From assembly GCA_009602735.1 (NCBI GenBank), contig WELA01002297.1, positions 638,805 to 679,275 on the forward strand: 40,471 nt of DNA, in the 5' to 3' direction. A program made the translations under genes and the position numbers. Under the pieces are notes generated by a model, which was given only the letters and a program-made list of their open reading frames with translations, did not search any database and was not told the origin of the DNA. The stretch is from Mesotaenium endlicherianum. Its lineage: Eukaryota. Positions 1 through 29,668 of the stretch are shown here, piece by piece (the stretch's first letter is position 1; each line of letters opens with the position of its first letter).

Positions 1-376
1 AAACTTCTAGGTAAATCGGCCTAGTCGGCATTCCGCGTTAGCCGAAATTACGTGAAAATTTGAATTCTCTCTAATGGGCCAGATCGTTCGACGCTGTCGG
101 TCAATCCGACAGTCGCGCTCACTGCGGATTTAAGGACAGTCGTCAACCGACCTCAAAACTAAAAAAAACTTCAGAAATTCATAACTTTCTCAATACTTAA
201 TTCAATGAACTTTGTATCAAAATGACCACACAAATGGAGTCTACACTACTTTGTAATCAAAATTTACTTTCTTGGAATTCAAAAATGCACTTTGTAAAGC
301 TATGACACACTACTTTGTAATCAAAATTTACTTTCTTGGAATTCAAAAATGCACTTTGTAAAGCTATGACCTTACA
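1..376 (-). mobile_element. Terminal part of a Gypsy-type LTR (outer LTR edge or solo LTR), running off the window start
   Basis: Ends in CCTTACA (TGTAAGG on the minus strand), like the LTR at 24558-25488. Shares the motif AAA(T/C)TCATAA(C/A)TTTCTCAATACTT (175-198) with 25366-25389 and ~28593-28616. No PPT follows position 376. Confidence 0.5.
243..370. repeat. Perfect 64-bp tandem duplication (243-306, 307-370)
   Basis: ACACTACTTTGTAATCAAAATTTACTTTCTTGGAATTCAAAAATGCACTTTGTAAAGCTATGAC occurs twice head to tail. Confidence 0.95.
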
Positions 377-3300
377 AGCAAGGTAAGGAAGAAGTTCGTG
401 TAACGACTTGCAATTTTCAGCTCAAATTTTCTCTTAGTAATTTGTATTGAGAGTTGGCCTCGCTTCCAAATGGGAAATCCGATAGCAAATCTAGCATATA
501 TATATCGCATTGACGATACTGTTTGACGTCATAGCGGTGGCACCGTGTACCTGGGACTTTTTCTCGTCCGACAGATATTGACTTACCAAATTCACAAGAA
601 TCTCCTATCATTCTGAATTGACATTTGCTTAGAGCGTTATATCGTCATTCATCTAGCATATCACAATAGATGCATCATTAGGCAATTCGCCAGTTTTGCT
701 TTCAGCGGTTAGGTGACAGTTTAAGAATATGTCAACGAGCTGACTTAGATGGACCTCAACGTGCTGCTCTCGGCTGAGTCATTAGGCTGAAATATAAGTA
801 AAGATCAACATATTGAATTTAATAAATAAATGCAATTCACTGAGTTAATATCTTTAACAATGTATTGATTCATTATATATTTTTTGCTTATGTGTGGATT
901 CACTGATTGCGTGATTAATGCTCAATTATTGACATGTGATTGTGAAGTAATACTTGCGCTCATTATGTTATTTTTTTGATATTAAATGAGTGAACCAAGA
1001 ATTCATAAAATGAATTGTTAATCAAAATAGCTCAAACAAGTTGTATGAGTTTATTATTATGTTTTCTCATGGGTAACACAATTTATTGTGATCGTCTAAA
1101 GGTTTTTACTTTCTGAACGACTTTAGAAAGTTTGCTATTTCGGCCATCTGTTGACACCAGGTGTACCAAGCTCCAGCAAAAGAACAATTTATGATTCCAA
1201 GTTATATATTTCTGGAATCCTTATTCACAATTAAGCAAGATAAAATATACATAAGTGGTGTACATATGCTTCTAATCAACACTCAATGTTTTTGTATAGG
1301 TTAAATTTCCTCTTATTTGAAGAACTTGTTGTCTTTTTTTACCTTTCACACGTGTGAAAGTTACGAGAGGATGAAATGCCTTTTTAATGTGTATAAAAAT
1401 GAATATTAAGCTTTTGCATATTACCCAGTGATATTCCTATCATATCCTTTTGATTTCTTTATGTCATGCACTTCAAATAGTAAGAATTAGATTTGTAATT
1501 GACTAGCAACCCTTTGATTGGTCAACACGCTAATCAGGGCGCGAGCAAGATGATGTAAAATGAATTATTGATAAACTTACACATTGCGTTTCTCAAGTCA
1601 ATAACACCCTAAATTTGGTAAGTTGATGAGCAATATGAAAATTATGCTAGTAGAAAATGTTATAAGGGCTTGTGTTTTTACAAAAAATAATTTTACACGT
1701 GAATTCCATTAAAATTGATAACATATATTTCAATAACGTTTGTTAAGTACAATGTACGTTATATTTGGCCATTGGAGATGCGAAGGAAGGTCAAAGGAAG
1801 TGAAATGAACTTCGTTTGTACACAAGGATCTTTTGTCAACCATAGAGCTTAGACCGTACAATTATGTAGCTAGAATGACAAGTGGGATACTATTACTTAT
1901 TTTCTTTGAGTGCGAAGAACATTGGGTGTCGCGCTAAGTTTCATTACTTCTGACCCAATTATTGAAATGAGGTAATCACTTTATCGCCCCCCTCACACTC
2001 TTGAACTCATTCTCAAACGTGAAGGACAACGTTTTGAACCCATTCATGAAAGAGAAAACATCCATAAAAATAGTGCTCATCATGGAACCATAAGTGGATG
2101 TAGATTCGTATATGGTTGCGTGGTATACCTTATATGTTGAGGTACACAAAAAATGTGAATGCATGCTAGAACGGATCCTTGGAAGTTTGTCCCATGTGGG
2201 ATCTGGAGATGGAGAACCCATAGTGGGTCTAATTCTAAGTACACCGAGGTTGACTTGAGATCGGTTGCATGGCTTTTCGAATTGATGAATTTGAGCTCTT
2301 TCTTAACTTACATTTATTTTTCTTTTGATTTGATGTCAGTTGTAAATAGAGCGGATTAACATATGCCAATACTTTTTTGAAGCTTCCAATAATTACTGTG
2401 CACTAAGGTGCAACCTTTGAAGACTTGCAACACTTGTAATTGAGCTGCTTAAGAGATCCATACTCGCTCGCTTTAGAGCCCGTCGGTCCGCCTACATTGC
2501 GTCATGCTTCAACTGTCCCTCACGCGTGGTCGGCAGCTTTTATACCTCTTTATTGCAAAAATCAGCAACAATGGTCGTGCCTGGTCGTGCCGGTGCGCGT
2601 CGGTCTCAGTCCGCTTATGCAGTGTACCGAACATCGACAACCAGGCTGCATCTGTAACCGTATCTTGAAGTACTGTACAAAAGCATACGGAAATATTGTA
2701 TTATACAATATATAACTGTCAATAACAATTTCGTAGTGCTGGTGCATGGGGTGGAAACTGGCGCTAATTTTCCGAGATTTCGAATTCGGAGGACGTGGCA
2801 TCGAGAGTGCCAAGTTGCACTACTGCAGCATGTCCTCTACTAGGAACATCTGCTGTCCTTCGGAGGTCTTCCCCCGGAACCGTCTGCACAGAGCCAAGGT
2901 GACGCTACGTTAGATATTAATTCCGAACTGCATCGAACCCACCCCGGTTGCCTCAGAGGATAAGCATGCCCCCTTGCTCTGTATACTGCTGTATACAAGT
3001 AACGAAATTGCTGCTGCGTCAACGCAGACGCCTCTTGAAGACCGCGCTAGCTTCACTCAACGAATTCCTGCAATTGTCGTCCTTCAGATAGGATGCGAGC
3101 AGTCGAAGCCTAAGCAGTCTGCTTGCATGGGATAGCGAAGTATTCGCATGCCTCCTCTCAAGTATGTACAGCTGTGAGTTGATCTCAGTCTTCTATGCCC
3201 TTATCGTTTGCCGACGAATTGGTGGTAATTGTGTCTTTGACGTGTGGTGTCGACTAGATCAAGGGGCATCGCGACCCTACTAAGATGCAGGCTTCCACTA

Positions 3301-3385
3301 CCCTAAAATTTACGGGCATGTAGGCTCTTTGGCTTCTATATCGGGCAATGCATACAGGGTCTCTGAACTTTTCTGATGAAGAAGT

Positions 3386-20195
<16,810 letters not shown>

Positions 20196-20399
20196 TTGCC
20201 GAGTGCCGCACGAGGAGGAATGGGGTAGGCAAGCTCGCTTTGCCCCTATGCATGGGGTACGTGTGGCAGGGCCAGCTGGCAATGCTGGGTAAAATGCAGG
20301 AGTCAGTGGGGGCCAGAGGCGTTCACGCCCTTCTCGTCGACTCGTGGGCCTGGCTGTCAGGTGCTCAGGGGTGCTCATGCGCTGCTCGTGCTCGTGCAG

Positions 20400-20593
20400 A
20401 AGCCTGTGGTGGGAGGGCGCCGCAAGCACCACCGCACGCGGGGTCAGCTGGACAAGAGGCAGACCGCAGCGGGGCACTGTTGCTGCACGACCCCGTGAGA
20501 GGTCCGGTTTGTGCAGGGGACACGCAACCCTTGGAGTTTGTGCTGCTCCCGGCAAATACGCAGGTCCGCGCGTCAGCCATCAAGGCCAAGTAA
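20400..20593 (+). CDS. Possible terminal exon 11 of the IDM1-like gene
   Basis: If donor 20124 (phase 1) is used, acceptors gtgcag|20400 or gtcag|20361 both enter the frame of ORF 20159-20593, ending ..LEFVLLPANTQVRASAIKAK*. GC content drops soon afterwards. Confidence 0.35.
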
Positions 20594-23129
20594 GGACAGG
20601 CCAAGTCCTGCCGCCTGTGCCCCCGGCAGTGAGGAACAGCGACTGTATGGCGCGCCCGCTCTGGAGTGGACTGGTTGTGCATGCATCAGTTTAGACTGAG
20701 CCCGTGTGGCAAGGTTTGATAGAGCTACGGTAGGCGTACCCCGCAGACTAAGCTTAGATATTCAGACTTTGTGGCTGGTGAATTTGGTGGGCATGATAGG
20801 TCCGGTGGATAATATAATGTACAGTACACATTAGTTGACTCATTCAAAACAAATTTTGATAGACTTCGCCGTATATGCTTTCCCAATGTGGCAATATGAG
20901 GTGTGACAAAGACACTGCCAGTCTTATGACACGAGCTTCAAGGACGCCCATGGCTCTATTGTTGTCAATGATTTGTGCATCGCCTGTACTAAAGATCTGG
21001 ATCAAAATTTTTTATGGAGTGGCTGCCGTAGTAGATTAATTGCAGGTGTGTATATGAGCATCAAAGACGAAGTGATAACCATACATGTCGCACTCCTTGG
21101 GAGTGACGCTATCTTCGTGCCAAAGAGCCGAGTAAATTTGCTCTTGAAATGTTGTACTTCTTGCTTTGTTGTCACCAATCTATACTCAATAGCATATTTG
21201 AATGTCAACATCCTTTTTGGGTCTGTACAAGTGATACCAGACATATATCCGACCAAAAGCACACGTTCAAGCTTTTATTATTCACGTGTTATTGTGATGT
21301 ACTTCATATATTATTGTGCGCGATGCACCATGACTTGACTGGTCAAAGTCATTACATTCTTCGTTGGTGGATTGTGTGTGTCCAGTTGGTGGACCAGCAG
21401 TTTCTATTCATGTCGCTGTATATTTGGTTGGAGTCTCTTGAAGCTAAACAGTAAGGTTCTAATCAACACCTAGCTTGACTATTATAGGTGTTGAGCTGCC
21501 TCAGACCTACATTGCTCCTACAATGTTGGGCCATCGCCAACCGGACGGAGCGCATTCTCTATCTTCCAGAGTGGCGCCCAGGAGACAGCTGCACTGCCTC
21601 CCTCCCGCTCAACATTGGGGACCCGCAGCCAACAGCAACCGCTCTCTACAGCTTCATGGCGCTTGGCAACGACGATGACAACCCTGTAGTCCGGATTGTC
21701 AAGGGGGAGCAAGAGGACGTGACATCTCCATCAGGGCCGACCTGCTTCAGCCCCAACTTGAGGAGCCACGACTCACCATTTTCAAGCTTTACCTCTCTCG
21801 TGAGGAGGAGATAGCTTTAATACAGGAGCAGCTTCGCGAGGAGACCCGAATACGAGGAGTCGTTGAAGCAGCCAAAGCACGCAGAGCCGCAGAGCTTCGG
21901 GCCGCATAGCCAGCACTCTCCGACGACTCCACTCGCATTAGTGCCAACCCACGTTCACGCATCAAGCTTCGGCAGGGCGTTCCCACGGGTACCACCATGA
22001 TGCTTGACATGCATATATCTTCTCACACACCGTCCCCTCATAGCTCCGCCAATAGTGCGCCGCTTCCTACACCAGAGGAGGAGCGTGCTCTCCCGCTTGC
22101 GTCTCGACACTGCTTCGTCCATGCTCAGGTGCGGGGTAGCTCTGTCGTTGAGCCTGTCCAGCCAAGGCCCAGCACCAAGAAGGGGCACAGGACCTCGTCA
22201 GCCCTCTCATGCTTGCACGCCAGAGCCACATGGGGGGCAGGTCCTAGCAGGCCTCCTGGCTTTGGCACGCTCTTGCGCAACGAGGTGTGGCCTAACTTTC
22301 AATATCGGGACGTTTCGCCGCCTCTGCCTGCCCATGCTGCTCACGCCTTGTATCAGTCCCCGCTAGCGCGACAGCCTGCGACTTCCCGCAGTCTGCTTGC
22401 AGGGGAGGGACCCTCAAGATCCCGACTGCCAACGACTGCATACCTTGGGGGTGACAGGCCCCCTTAATCCCCGAGTCGTGCCACCCAGCAACGCTTCGGT
22501 ATTTACACCCCGCCGTTGCCGCAGCCAATAGCTCCGCCTCCGCTTCACACAGACTCGGAGTCACTTTCTGGGACAGATTGGCTGTAGCCAGGTCCACCCC
22601 GTGCCACATGCGGCAGCATGTACGTATTTCCCCGTGGCCTCCTATAGACGTGCAGCAGCTTAGTAGGCGCAGTTCCATTAGGCCGCCAACCCGTTGCATC
22701 CACATCTCTCAAAGTCAACCCACGAGGGGATTTTTAGAAGCTTACAACAAGACAAGGTTCGCCTTGAGGCCAACCCTCCACCTCAACCTCAACGGACCAT
22801 CCCAAGCGGGTCTCCATCCTACGGCGCGGTGGGCTCGCCAAACCGTCTCACCCCCACTTTCTATGGAGGACAGGCTGTTCTGTGAGTCCAAGCCGTCTTG
22901 GATGAGCTGGCACACACGTTAATCTGTGCAGGCCATCTCCAAGAGACTAGGGGCGCACGTTGGGGTCGACAGACAAACAGCATTTGTAGGGCACAGCAGC
23001 TCTTACATCCCGTGCCTCATCTCATCAAGGTAGAACCCAAAGATTTCTGGCGTGAATGCCAAGAGTCAACTCGCGTGTTGAATTCTCAACCTATTGCGAG
23101 ACCCATCTCCGACCTTACACGCGAGGAGC

Positions 23130-24557
23130 ATCTACCTATAGAACAGCCCCTGGATAGGAAGAGGGTTGAGAGCAACGATGCGTGCTGTGAAGCTTGAGCA
23201 AAAATGGTTGCAAAGGGTGCAACTGCAGAAGATTTTGGCCACGTCTTTAGTCATGCCGCCCCACCAGTACTCAGCCTGGAAAACGCTGAGCGTGTGCTTG
23301 ACACCAAAGTGTCCAAGTGCCTTGCATGCTTGCACCAACTGGTTTCGTATAGCAGGCTCAAAAACCACCAAGACAGAGTCGTTCGCCATCACGAGTTACA
23401 CTCAGCCCTCCGTGTAGATATAGTTGCGGGCGCGCTTGAGCACGCAGCCGAGCTCCTTTGCGTCAATGTCGGGCACCATTTGTTGCATGGAGATGTAAAA
23501 GCAGCGTCGTGTTGTCCCACACGTCCTCTGGCCCTTTGCAGTGCATCTTGCTCCTCTGCTACTGCCATGGCAAGACAACGGGTGGTGATAGTGACGATGA
23601 CGAGGTTGGTGAGCCCCACGGGCCACACGTTGCCGTCGATGGAGAAGGCTAGGAATGCCGTTGCGTGACAGGGCACCGGCTTGTCCTTGTCGTGGCGGGC
23701 CGCTGTCAGAATTTGTGATGAAGGTTGAGGCTTACGGCTGAGGCCGTTGGCGTTGAGGTTGGTCTCTCTTGTGCGGTGGTGCACGTAAAACTCATACTCT
23801 TGGAGGATGAGGGCCCATCACGCGTACTTGCTTGTAAGGTGCTCCAAGGTCATAGACCACTTGAATGGTTGGTCGTTGATGACAAGGCAGAAGCGGGCAC
23901 CGTAGAGGTAGTGGACAATCGCCCAGAATGCTGCAAGACACTCACCCTTGTAGGGCTCGTAGTTACCCTGTGCGCGGTTGCTGCTACAACTGGCGTAAGC
24001 CATCTCGAGACTCGTGCTACACGCTCTCATGCTCCTGAACCAACACCACTTCCAACCCTGCCTGCGACCAATCCGTGTGGAGGATGAAGAGCTTGGTATG
24101 GTTGGGCCGCCGCAACATCGAGAAGCTCACCAGCAGCTTCTCGAGCTTGTCAATTGCTAATTGCTGCTCGGTGCCCTAAACGTAGGCCACCCCCTTTTCC
24201 AGCAGATCGTTGTGCGGCTTAGCAAGCTCGTTGAAGCCGGCACAAACTGTCGGTTATAGTTGGTCAGCCCAAGGAAGGCTCTCAACTCAGAAATGCCGGT
24301 GGGAGGCGAGATGCCCGCAATGGCCGAGAACTTGGCCAACTGCGGAGCCAACCTGCTGGTTTAAAGGAGATGCCCCAAGTACTTTACCTCCCTCGTACTA
24401 AGTATGCACTTGCCTCGGTGACACTTGTGCCCAGCGTCAGCCAAGCGCTCCAACACTGTCGTCATGTACTCCAGGTGCTCCTCGAACGTCACGTTGAAGA
24501 TGAGCACGTTGTACATATAGCATCAAGTGAAGGAAAGCCCAACCAACTCCCTTTGGA
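23130..24557 (-). pseudogene. Old degenerate Ty3/Gypsy pol remnant (RT C-half, RNase H, integrase HHCC)
   Basis: Minus-strand fragments: ELVGLSFT*CYMYNVLIF..FEEHLE..KCHRGKC..VKYLGH (YxDD decayed); ELRAFLGLTNYNRQFV; AYASCSSNRAQGNYEPYKGECLAAFWAI; NANGLSRKP; GHFGVKHT..YWWGGMTKDV..CTLC..PLPIQGLFYR. Many stops and frameshifts. Confidence 0.88.
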
Positions 24558-25488
24558 TGTGAGAAAAGGGTCACCGTAAGCTCAAAAGATGCGAAGTTCA
24601 ATATTTTGCCCTGCAAGTTAGCTTTTCACTCGGACTTTTAATATGTGCACGGAGCAGCGCGGAGAAGGGGAACAAAAATCACGGAGGAGAAATGAAATTG
24701 GGGTGTCAGGTTGAACACGTCATTTTTGACAGCTGGACCAACCATGACAAGGATAATTTGACGTGAGGGATGAAAGGGGGAAGGGGTGCAAGAAGTGCGC
24801 CCATACACACTCACGCACCCTCGCCCGCAAGTGGAAGCGTGCACGAGGACTTTTCCTAGTTGCATACACAAGGTGGAGTGGCCTGGTGGTATGCCACCCT
24901 TGCAAGAGTTAGAGGGCTACGTGAGAGAGGAGTAGAAAACAACTCACTTTTTCAAGAAAAGTCGGTTACAAGATAAGAAGGTTAGACTAGACTAGACAAG
25001 ACCCCCTCTCCTTCTTTGTGCTTCCTATTTACGCTTCAACTCTAAGTGTCCTCTCTAGCAAAGTACCTCAAAAACCTTCTACTATGGCTCCTTCCATGTA
25101 GGTGACCTTGCCTAGTTGGACAAGCTAGCACACTCACACGCACACAATCACTCTCTAGAATATTCTACTACACAATCCACTAATTCCTCACGGAGTTTCT
25201 AGAATTCCTACAATCACTTTGGAACTCTACGTAATTGTACGTAGTTTCTGGAATCCTCATCATTGAATGTCCCACTTCCTGGACTCCAACCGAAATTTTC
25301 GTCAGTGGACCTGTCCTTGTCATTAAATTGAATCTGTGACGATAAAAACTCACTTAAAACTTCCAAAATTCATAAATTTCTCAATACTTGTCCAAATGAC
25401 TTGAAATAAAGGCCGAAGTTGTTCTAAATTCACACTCTATTTATATAAAATGCTAGAAAGGTACAAACTACACTTTCATAACCTTACA
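24558..25488 (-). mobile_element. 931-bp 3' LTR of a second Gypsy-type element inserted into the old RT
   Basis: Bounded by TGTGAG...CTTACA (TG..CA, 5/6 inverted). The left edge coincides with the break in the old RT reading frame and the right edge abuts a PPT. Confidence 0.7.
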
Positions 25489-25503
25489 TCATCCCCCTCC
25501 TCA
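25489..25503 (-). promoter_or_regulatory. Polypurine tract
   Basis: Minus strand reads CGAGGACGTCGCATCTT-GAGGAGGGGGATGA-TGTAAGG, a typical plant Gypsy PPT/LTR junction. Confidence 0.75.
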
Positions 25504-28500
25504 AGATGCGACGTCCTCGGCGCATACTAAGCATAAGTGACGTCATATGAGGAATCGAGCTCATATATACGCTAGAAAAACACATATACACATACGTTAT
25601 ACAAGTTGCAGGTCTTGAACAGGCTCCAGGACGATACTCATTATTCCAAATTTGCTCCACTTAGTAAAAGCTCCATCACATACATTGGCTCCACACATGG
25701 CGTCTCCTAACACAAGTGCATCTTCTCTTCAACTCCTTTGTCTTGGAATAGCCCAATATCTTCATAAAGGCTGTAACATACTCCCTCCATCATCTCCACG
25801 TACTCCAAAGCTAGATCCAAGGCATAATAGTCCGTCAAATCGCCAAAATACTCATTCTTCGCCCTCTGGGACAAGTGGCAACTCCTCGTCGCGCCATGTG
25901 GCTTACTCGTGGTGCTCTTAGAATTTTGACCAGATTACATCATGAACTTGACTCCACTAGTTTCCTGAACCTTTTGGTACTCTTAGCTACCTCTAGCTCT
26001 AAGCCATACTCCTTGTAGAGGTATTGCACTCTCTCACTCGTGTGCGTGACTCGTGGTGACCTCTCAAGACGCCAAGTGGCACCCCCCTGGCTTTTTCTGA
26101 CATTTTTAGCCTGAAAGTTGTGCAATCTGTGTAGTACTACCCTTTTGAACTCACTGGCATGCTTTGTTACTCCTGATTCCAAGCCTAAGACCATGAAATC
26201 AGATTGCGCCTTGCCTCACACATGTGGCTTCCACGGCAGTCCAGCGAACCGCCATGTGGCACTGTCAGAACTTAATTTAATATTTAAAAAAAAACCATTA
26301 CTTTTTCTGAATCTCAACCTATAGAAATGCCTCTGCACAAAATTTTAGAATCTGAATCAAAGTCTAACTCTTAAATGGGATAGTCACTTTGCCTCACGCT
26401 CGTAGGACGCACGGGTGCGCAACACATATCAAGCTCCCGCGCCTACAAATGGCACATGCTTAAACCCCTGATTCTGAAACTTGACAATGATTCAGGGCAG
26501 GCCTCATACTAGACCTCTCACATCATGTAGGACTCCTACTGAAAATATTACCCACTCTCTTCTACGTAGACAAAAAGTAGCCAAAATCTGCTCACTTTTA
26601 CCCTTGCGCTCGCCTACCCGCAAGACGCTCAAACATGGACAAATTTGAGTGTCTCCCAAGCTCTTGCCCTCAAAATTCTTTCCACTTCACATCTCGTAGT
26701 AATAACTGGACTCTTAGGACTGGCTTGACCTTGCTTACAAGCATTATGAAGCTTACAAGCATTATAAACAACTATAACAGTCCCCTCCTTCATCATAAAG
26801 GTAAGGCGCTTACCACTCAAGTGTCCAAGTCCAGATTTTACGCCTCTCTCTTGCTTGCTTGTATAGGCGCTGATTCTCCTAGCTTCATGTCCAAGTCCTT
26901 GTCATAAATCTCCATCTTAGGCAGGACATATCAGCCCCATAAGTCTTGGGCTCCTCCTTGTAGGTTTATATCCATAAAGTCGTAGTCTCCATCAAGCGAC
27001 TATCTTCACAAGTCATGAGCGTGTAGGTTCGCTCTTGGTGCACCAACTCCATCATAGTCTTCTTCTTAGCTAGATGCTCACTCCCACATGCTCCAGTCTC
27101 TTCTTGAAGGTAAGCCTTCACACAAGGCTCCAAGAAACACATCTGGAACGCCTCCAAGAGCTCCATAACTTGGGCAAATACACATACTCTTAGTGCTTGC
27201 ACCTCATCTTGTGCTCGCACACACTTCGTCTTGCAAGCGGGCTTCTCTTCAGCTCACTTCTTAGGAGCTCCTCCACTTGAGAAGTTGGGGTCTGCTCTAT
27301 ATATGAGCAAGGGGATCATACACCTCTACTTGCTCCACCGGCGATGCGCGCTCGTCAATGTTGTTAGGAGGCGCGCTTGCTCCATGCGATGACCGGGCCA
27401 AGGTCACCAAACAAGCGCTTCTCCTTCACCTTCACCTTCCCGCGTCGCTTCTTTGCTAGCGGGCTGAAGATAGCTACTTGTGGTCTTATTTACCTCCACC
27501 TATTTCACTATCTTCACTTGACCATATTCCTCCTTGGTCTTCACTTGACCCGTGCACTAAAGCACTAGAGGATAGGCTACTCTCTTTGTGCAACTCCTTC
27601 CACATGCTTAGCTTCTTGAATGCACTCTAGCCTTGGTCACCCCAATGACACTTCTTACTACTAAACCCAGCTTGCCTTGGTGCTCTACTTTCACATGAAG
27701 AGCTTCCATAGATGCACCAAAATCTGCCCCTTAACTATGCCAACACACAATTATTGGGACACGCACTTCAAGTGGGAGACATCTCTTGCACTAGCCCTCT
27801 TGCACCAACTTCATACCTTGCTTCTTCTTCCACACCATAGGCTTGTCTTCTTCATAACTCTCAACTCCATATTAGTCTCCTCCTTAAGAAAAGAGAAATC
27901 TGAACTTGAAAGGCTCCATATCCACCTTTCTTCCTTGAAGAAAAATCTGCATCATTTCTTCTTGCTCCAAGCCTTCTCCACGGCGCTTCTCTTCACTTGA
28001 GGCTTCTCCAATCTCCATACAAAGTGCCAAGCTCCATCATGGCTGGCCAATAATTCCAGTGGCTATATAGGAGTGATGCAAGGCAACCCAAATCTGGCCA
28101 CATACTTGGCCAAATTGGTGCAACACCCCTGTGCACCCTCTCTTGAGCTTCTCATGAGCTCCTCTTGAGCTTGCGAGTGCTATGTCCGCCAAAGCTCCTA
28201 GACTTACAAGTACACATGCTTACTAAGTCCCCGGTTGCCTACTCTTGAAATCTGCTCCACCTTCATTGAAGATCTGAAATAAAGATGGGCACACACTCCT
28301 TTCTAGCCACTATTACCTCTATGCTAAGCCCCCCTCAAAGAAAGTGCTTAACACCAAAGAGCTTGCATCTTCAGAGAAAAATCCAGCCATGAAAACTCCA
28401 GATTTTCTTCAAGCTCATACGTCTCCATACTCAAGCAAAGGATGCTCTATGCTACTTATATCACTACCATCCTTGGCAACCTCCTCATACTACAAAGAAG

Positions 28501-28980
28501 ACGTACAAAAATCTGGTTGCATCCAAGTTAACACCTCTTGGAGCACCTCCCTCTTCCCATCTCTTCCCTCCTTCAAGAGAGTGAAAACTTCGAAACTCAT
28601 AACTTTCTCAATACTTGTCCAAATGACTTGAAATAAAGGCCAAATTTCTTCTAAAATCACACTCTATGCATATAAAATGCTAGAAAGGTACAAACTACAC
28701 TTTCATTACCTTAGAAGGGAAGTCTTGTATTTTTTAAAAGTTGCAAATTTCCTCGCCTTCATTTTCATTTTTTGGGGGGTAAAGTCATAATTTGCCCAAA
28801 CTTAAAACAAATACAAACTCAAATTCACTTTCAACCTCAAAGTCAAGCTCTAAAGTTTCTGAACTTATTGATCCACAATATCGTCATGGGCACGCTCAGC
28901 CAAATAGACTAACCAACCATAACAAAATGGCCAATTGCCATGACCATTTTTGGAAAGACTTGCCATACTTGACCATTTCA
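25489..28980 (-). mobile_element. Internal region of the 24558-25488 LTR element; degenerate, no recognisable gag/pol
   Basis: Adjacent to the PPT, purine-rich on the minus strand, only short ORFs. Contains a ~90% copy of the LTR end (28584-28715 vs 25356-25488). The right boundary is uncertain. Confidence 0.45.
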
Positions 28981-29038
28981 GTATTTTGAATAATCCTTTG
29001 ATATAGAAATTTCTCTGTTTGGCTCAAATTGTCCGCTT

Positions 29039-29193
29039 TGGGCCATAGATCTTGCTTTTTTACCAAAGTTACGGTTTAAGCGTGTTGCACAGGAGGAAAG
29101 TCATAAGACAAACTTTTGGGGTACTCACAAGCTCTACCAGCGGAAGGCGATGTCTTTCAAACTGAAAAACGCTCTCGCCACCTTCTAACGAGG
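29039..29193 (+). pseudogene. Short degenerate Gypsy RT fragment on the + strand
   Basis: Translates WAIDLAFLPKLRFKRVAQEESHKTNFWGTHKLYQRKAMSFKLKNALATF*R, aligning to IIDL..GKTAFWAQRELWQWTVMPFGLKNAPAIFQR of the RT in ORF 34029-35747. Confidence 0.75.
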
Positions 29194-29258
29194 ATGTCCC
29201 TAAAACATCAGTTTATCGTTATGTCTTTTTAACCCCAACTTTACCACGGGATCTTCAC

Positions 29259-29422
29259 ACCCTGCAAATTGGCCTTTCACTTGGACTTTATAAATGTGCA
29301 CGGAGGAACATGGAGAAGGGGAAAAAAAAGCACGAAGAAGAGGGGGAAAAAGGGAGTGTCGAGTAAAACACCTTATTTTTGGCAGCTGCATTGATATTGA
29401 CTGGGATAATTTGACGTGAGGG
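29259..29422 (-). mobile_element. Diverged LTR fragment related to 24609-24769
   Basis: Colinear blocks CCCTGCAA..TTTCACT.GGACTTT..ATGTGCACGGAG..GGAGAAGGGGAA..TTTTT..CAGCTG..GGATAATTTGACGTGAGGG occur in both. Confidence 0.7.
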
Positions 29423-29668
29423 TAGTTCCATATTCTTTGAATATTTGGGGTACTTTGCCTTTATGTTTTATCTTGGGGAGCAAAATCATAAATTGCCCTT
29501 TAAGTTCAGTTCAAAGGTGTTTACAGGTGCGGTCCCATTCTAGCTTGAGCCGTGGGCTAAGTAATTATTTGCTTATGAATACATTTGTGCTGCATCAGCT
29601 CACCATGGCAACTAAATAACAAAGAGAGCTTTGTGCCATAATAGAAACGCAAGAGTAATTTTGTAACA

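Noticed and set aside
243..370. CRISPR-like array
   Set aside because: Two adjacent units with no spacers, in a eukaryotic context.
377..2440. Short ORFs in the AT-rich upstream region (417-611, 1976-2221, 2159-2359)
   Set aside because: No domain motifs, and composition unlike the host gene; the faint RT-like look of 1976-2221 is too weak to call.
20973..21454. Overlapping ORFs downstream of the gene
   Set aside because: AT-rich 3' UTR or intergenic sequence with no motif support.
29131..29139. tRNA-Met PBS-like GCTCTACCA (TGGTAGAGC on the minus strand)
   Set aside because: It lacks 3 nt of TGGTATCAGAGC, is not adjacent to an LTR end, and is better explained as codons of the + strand RT fragment.
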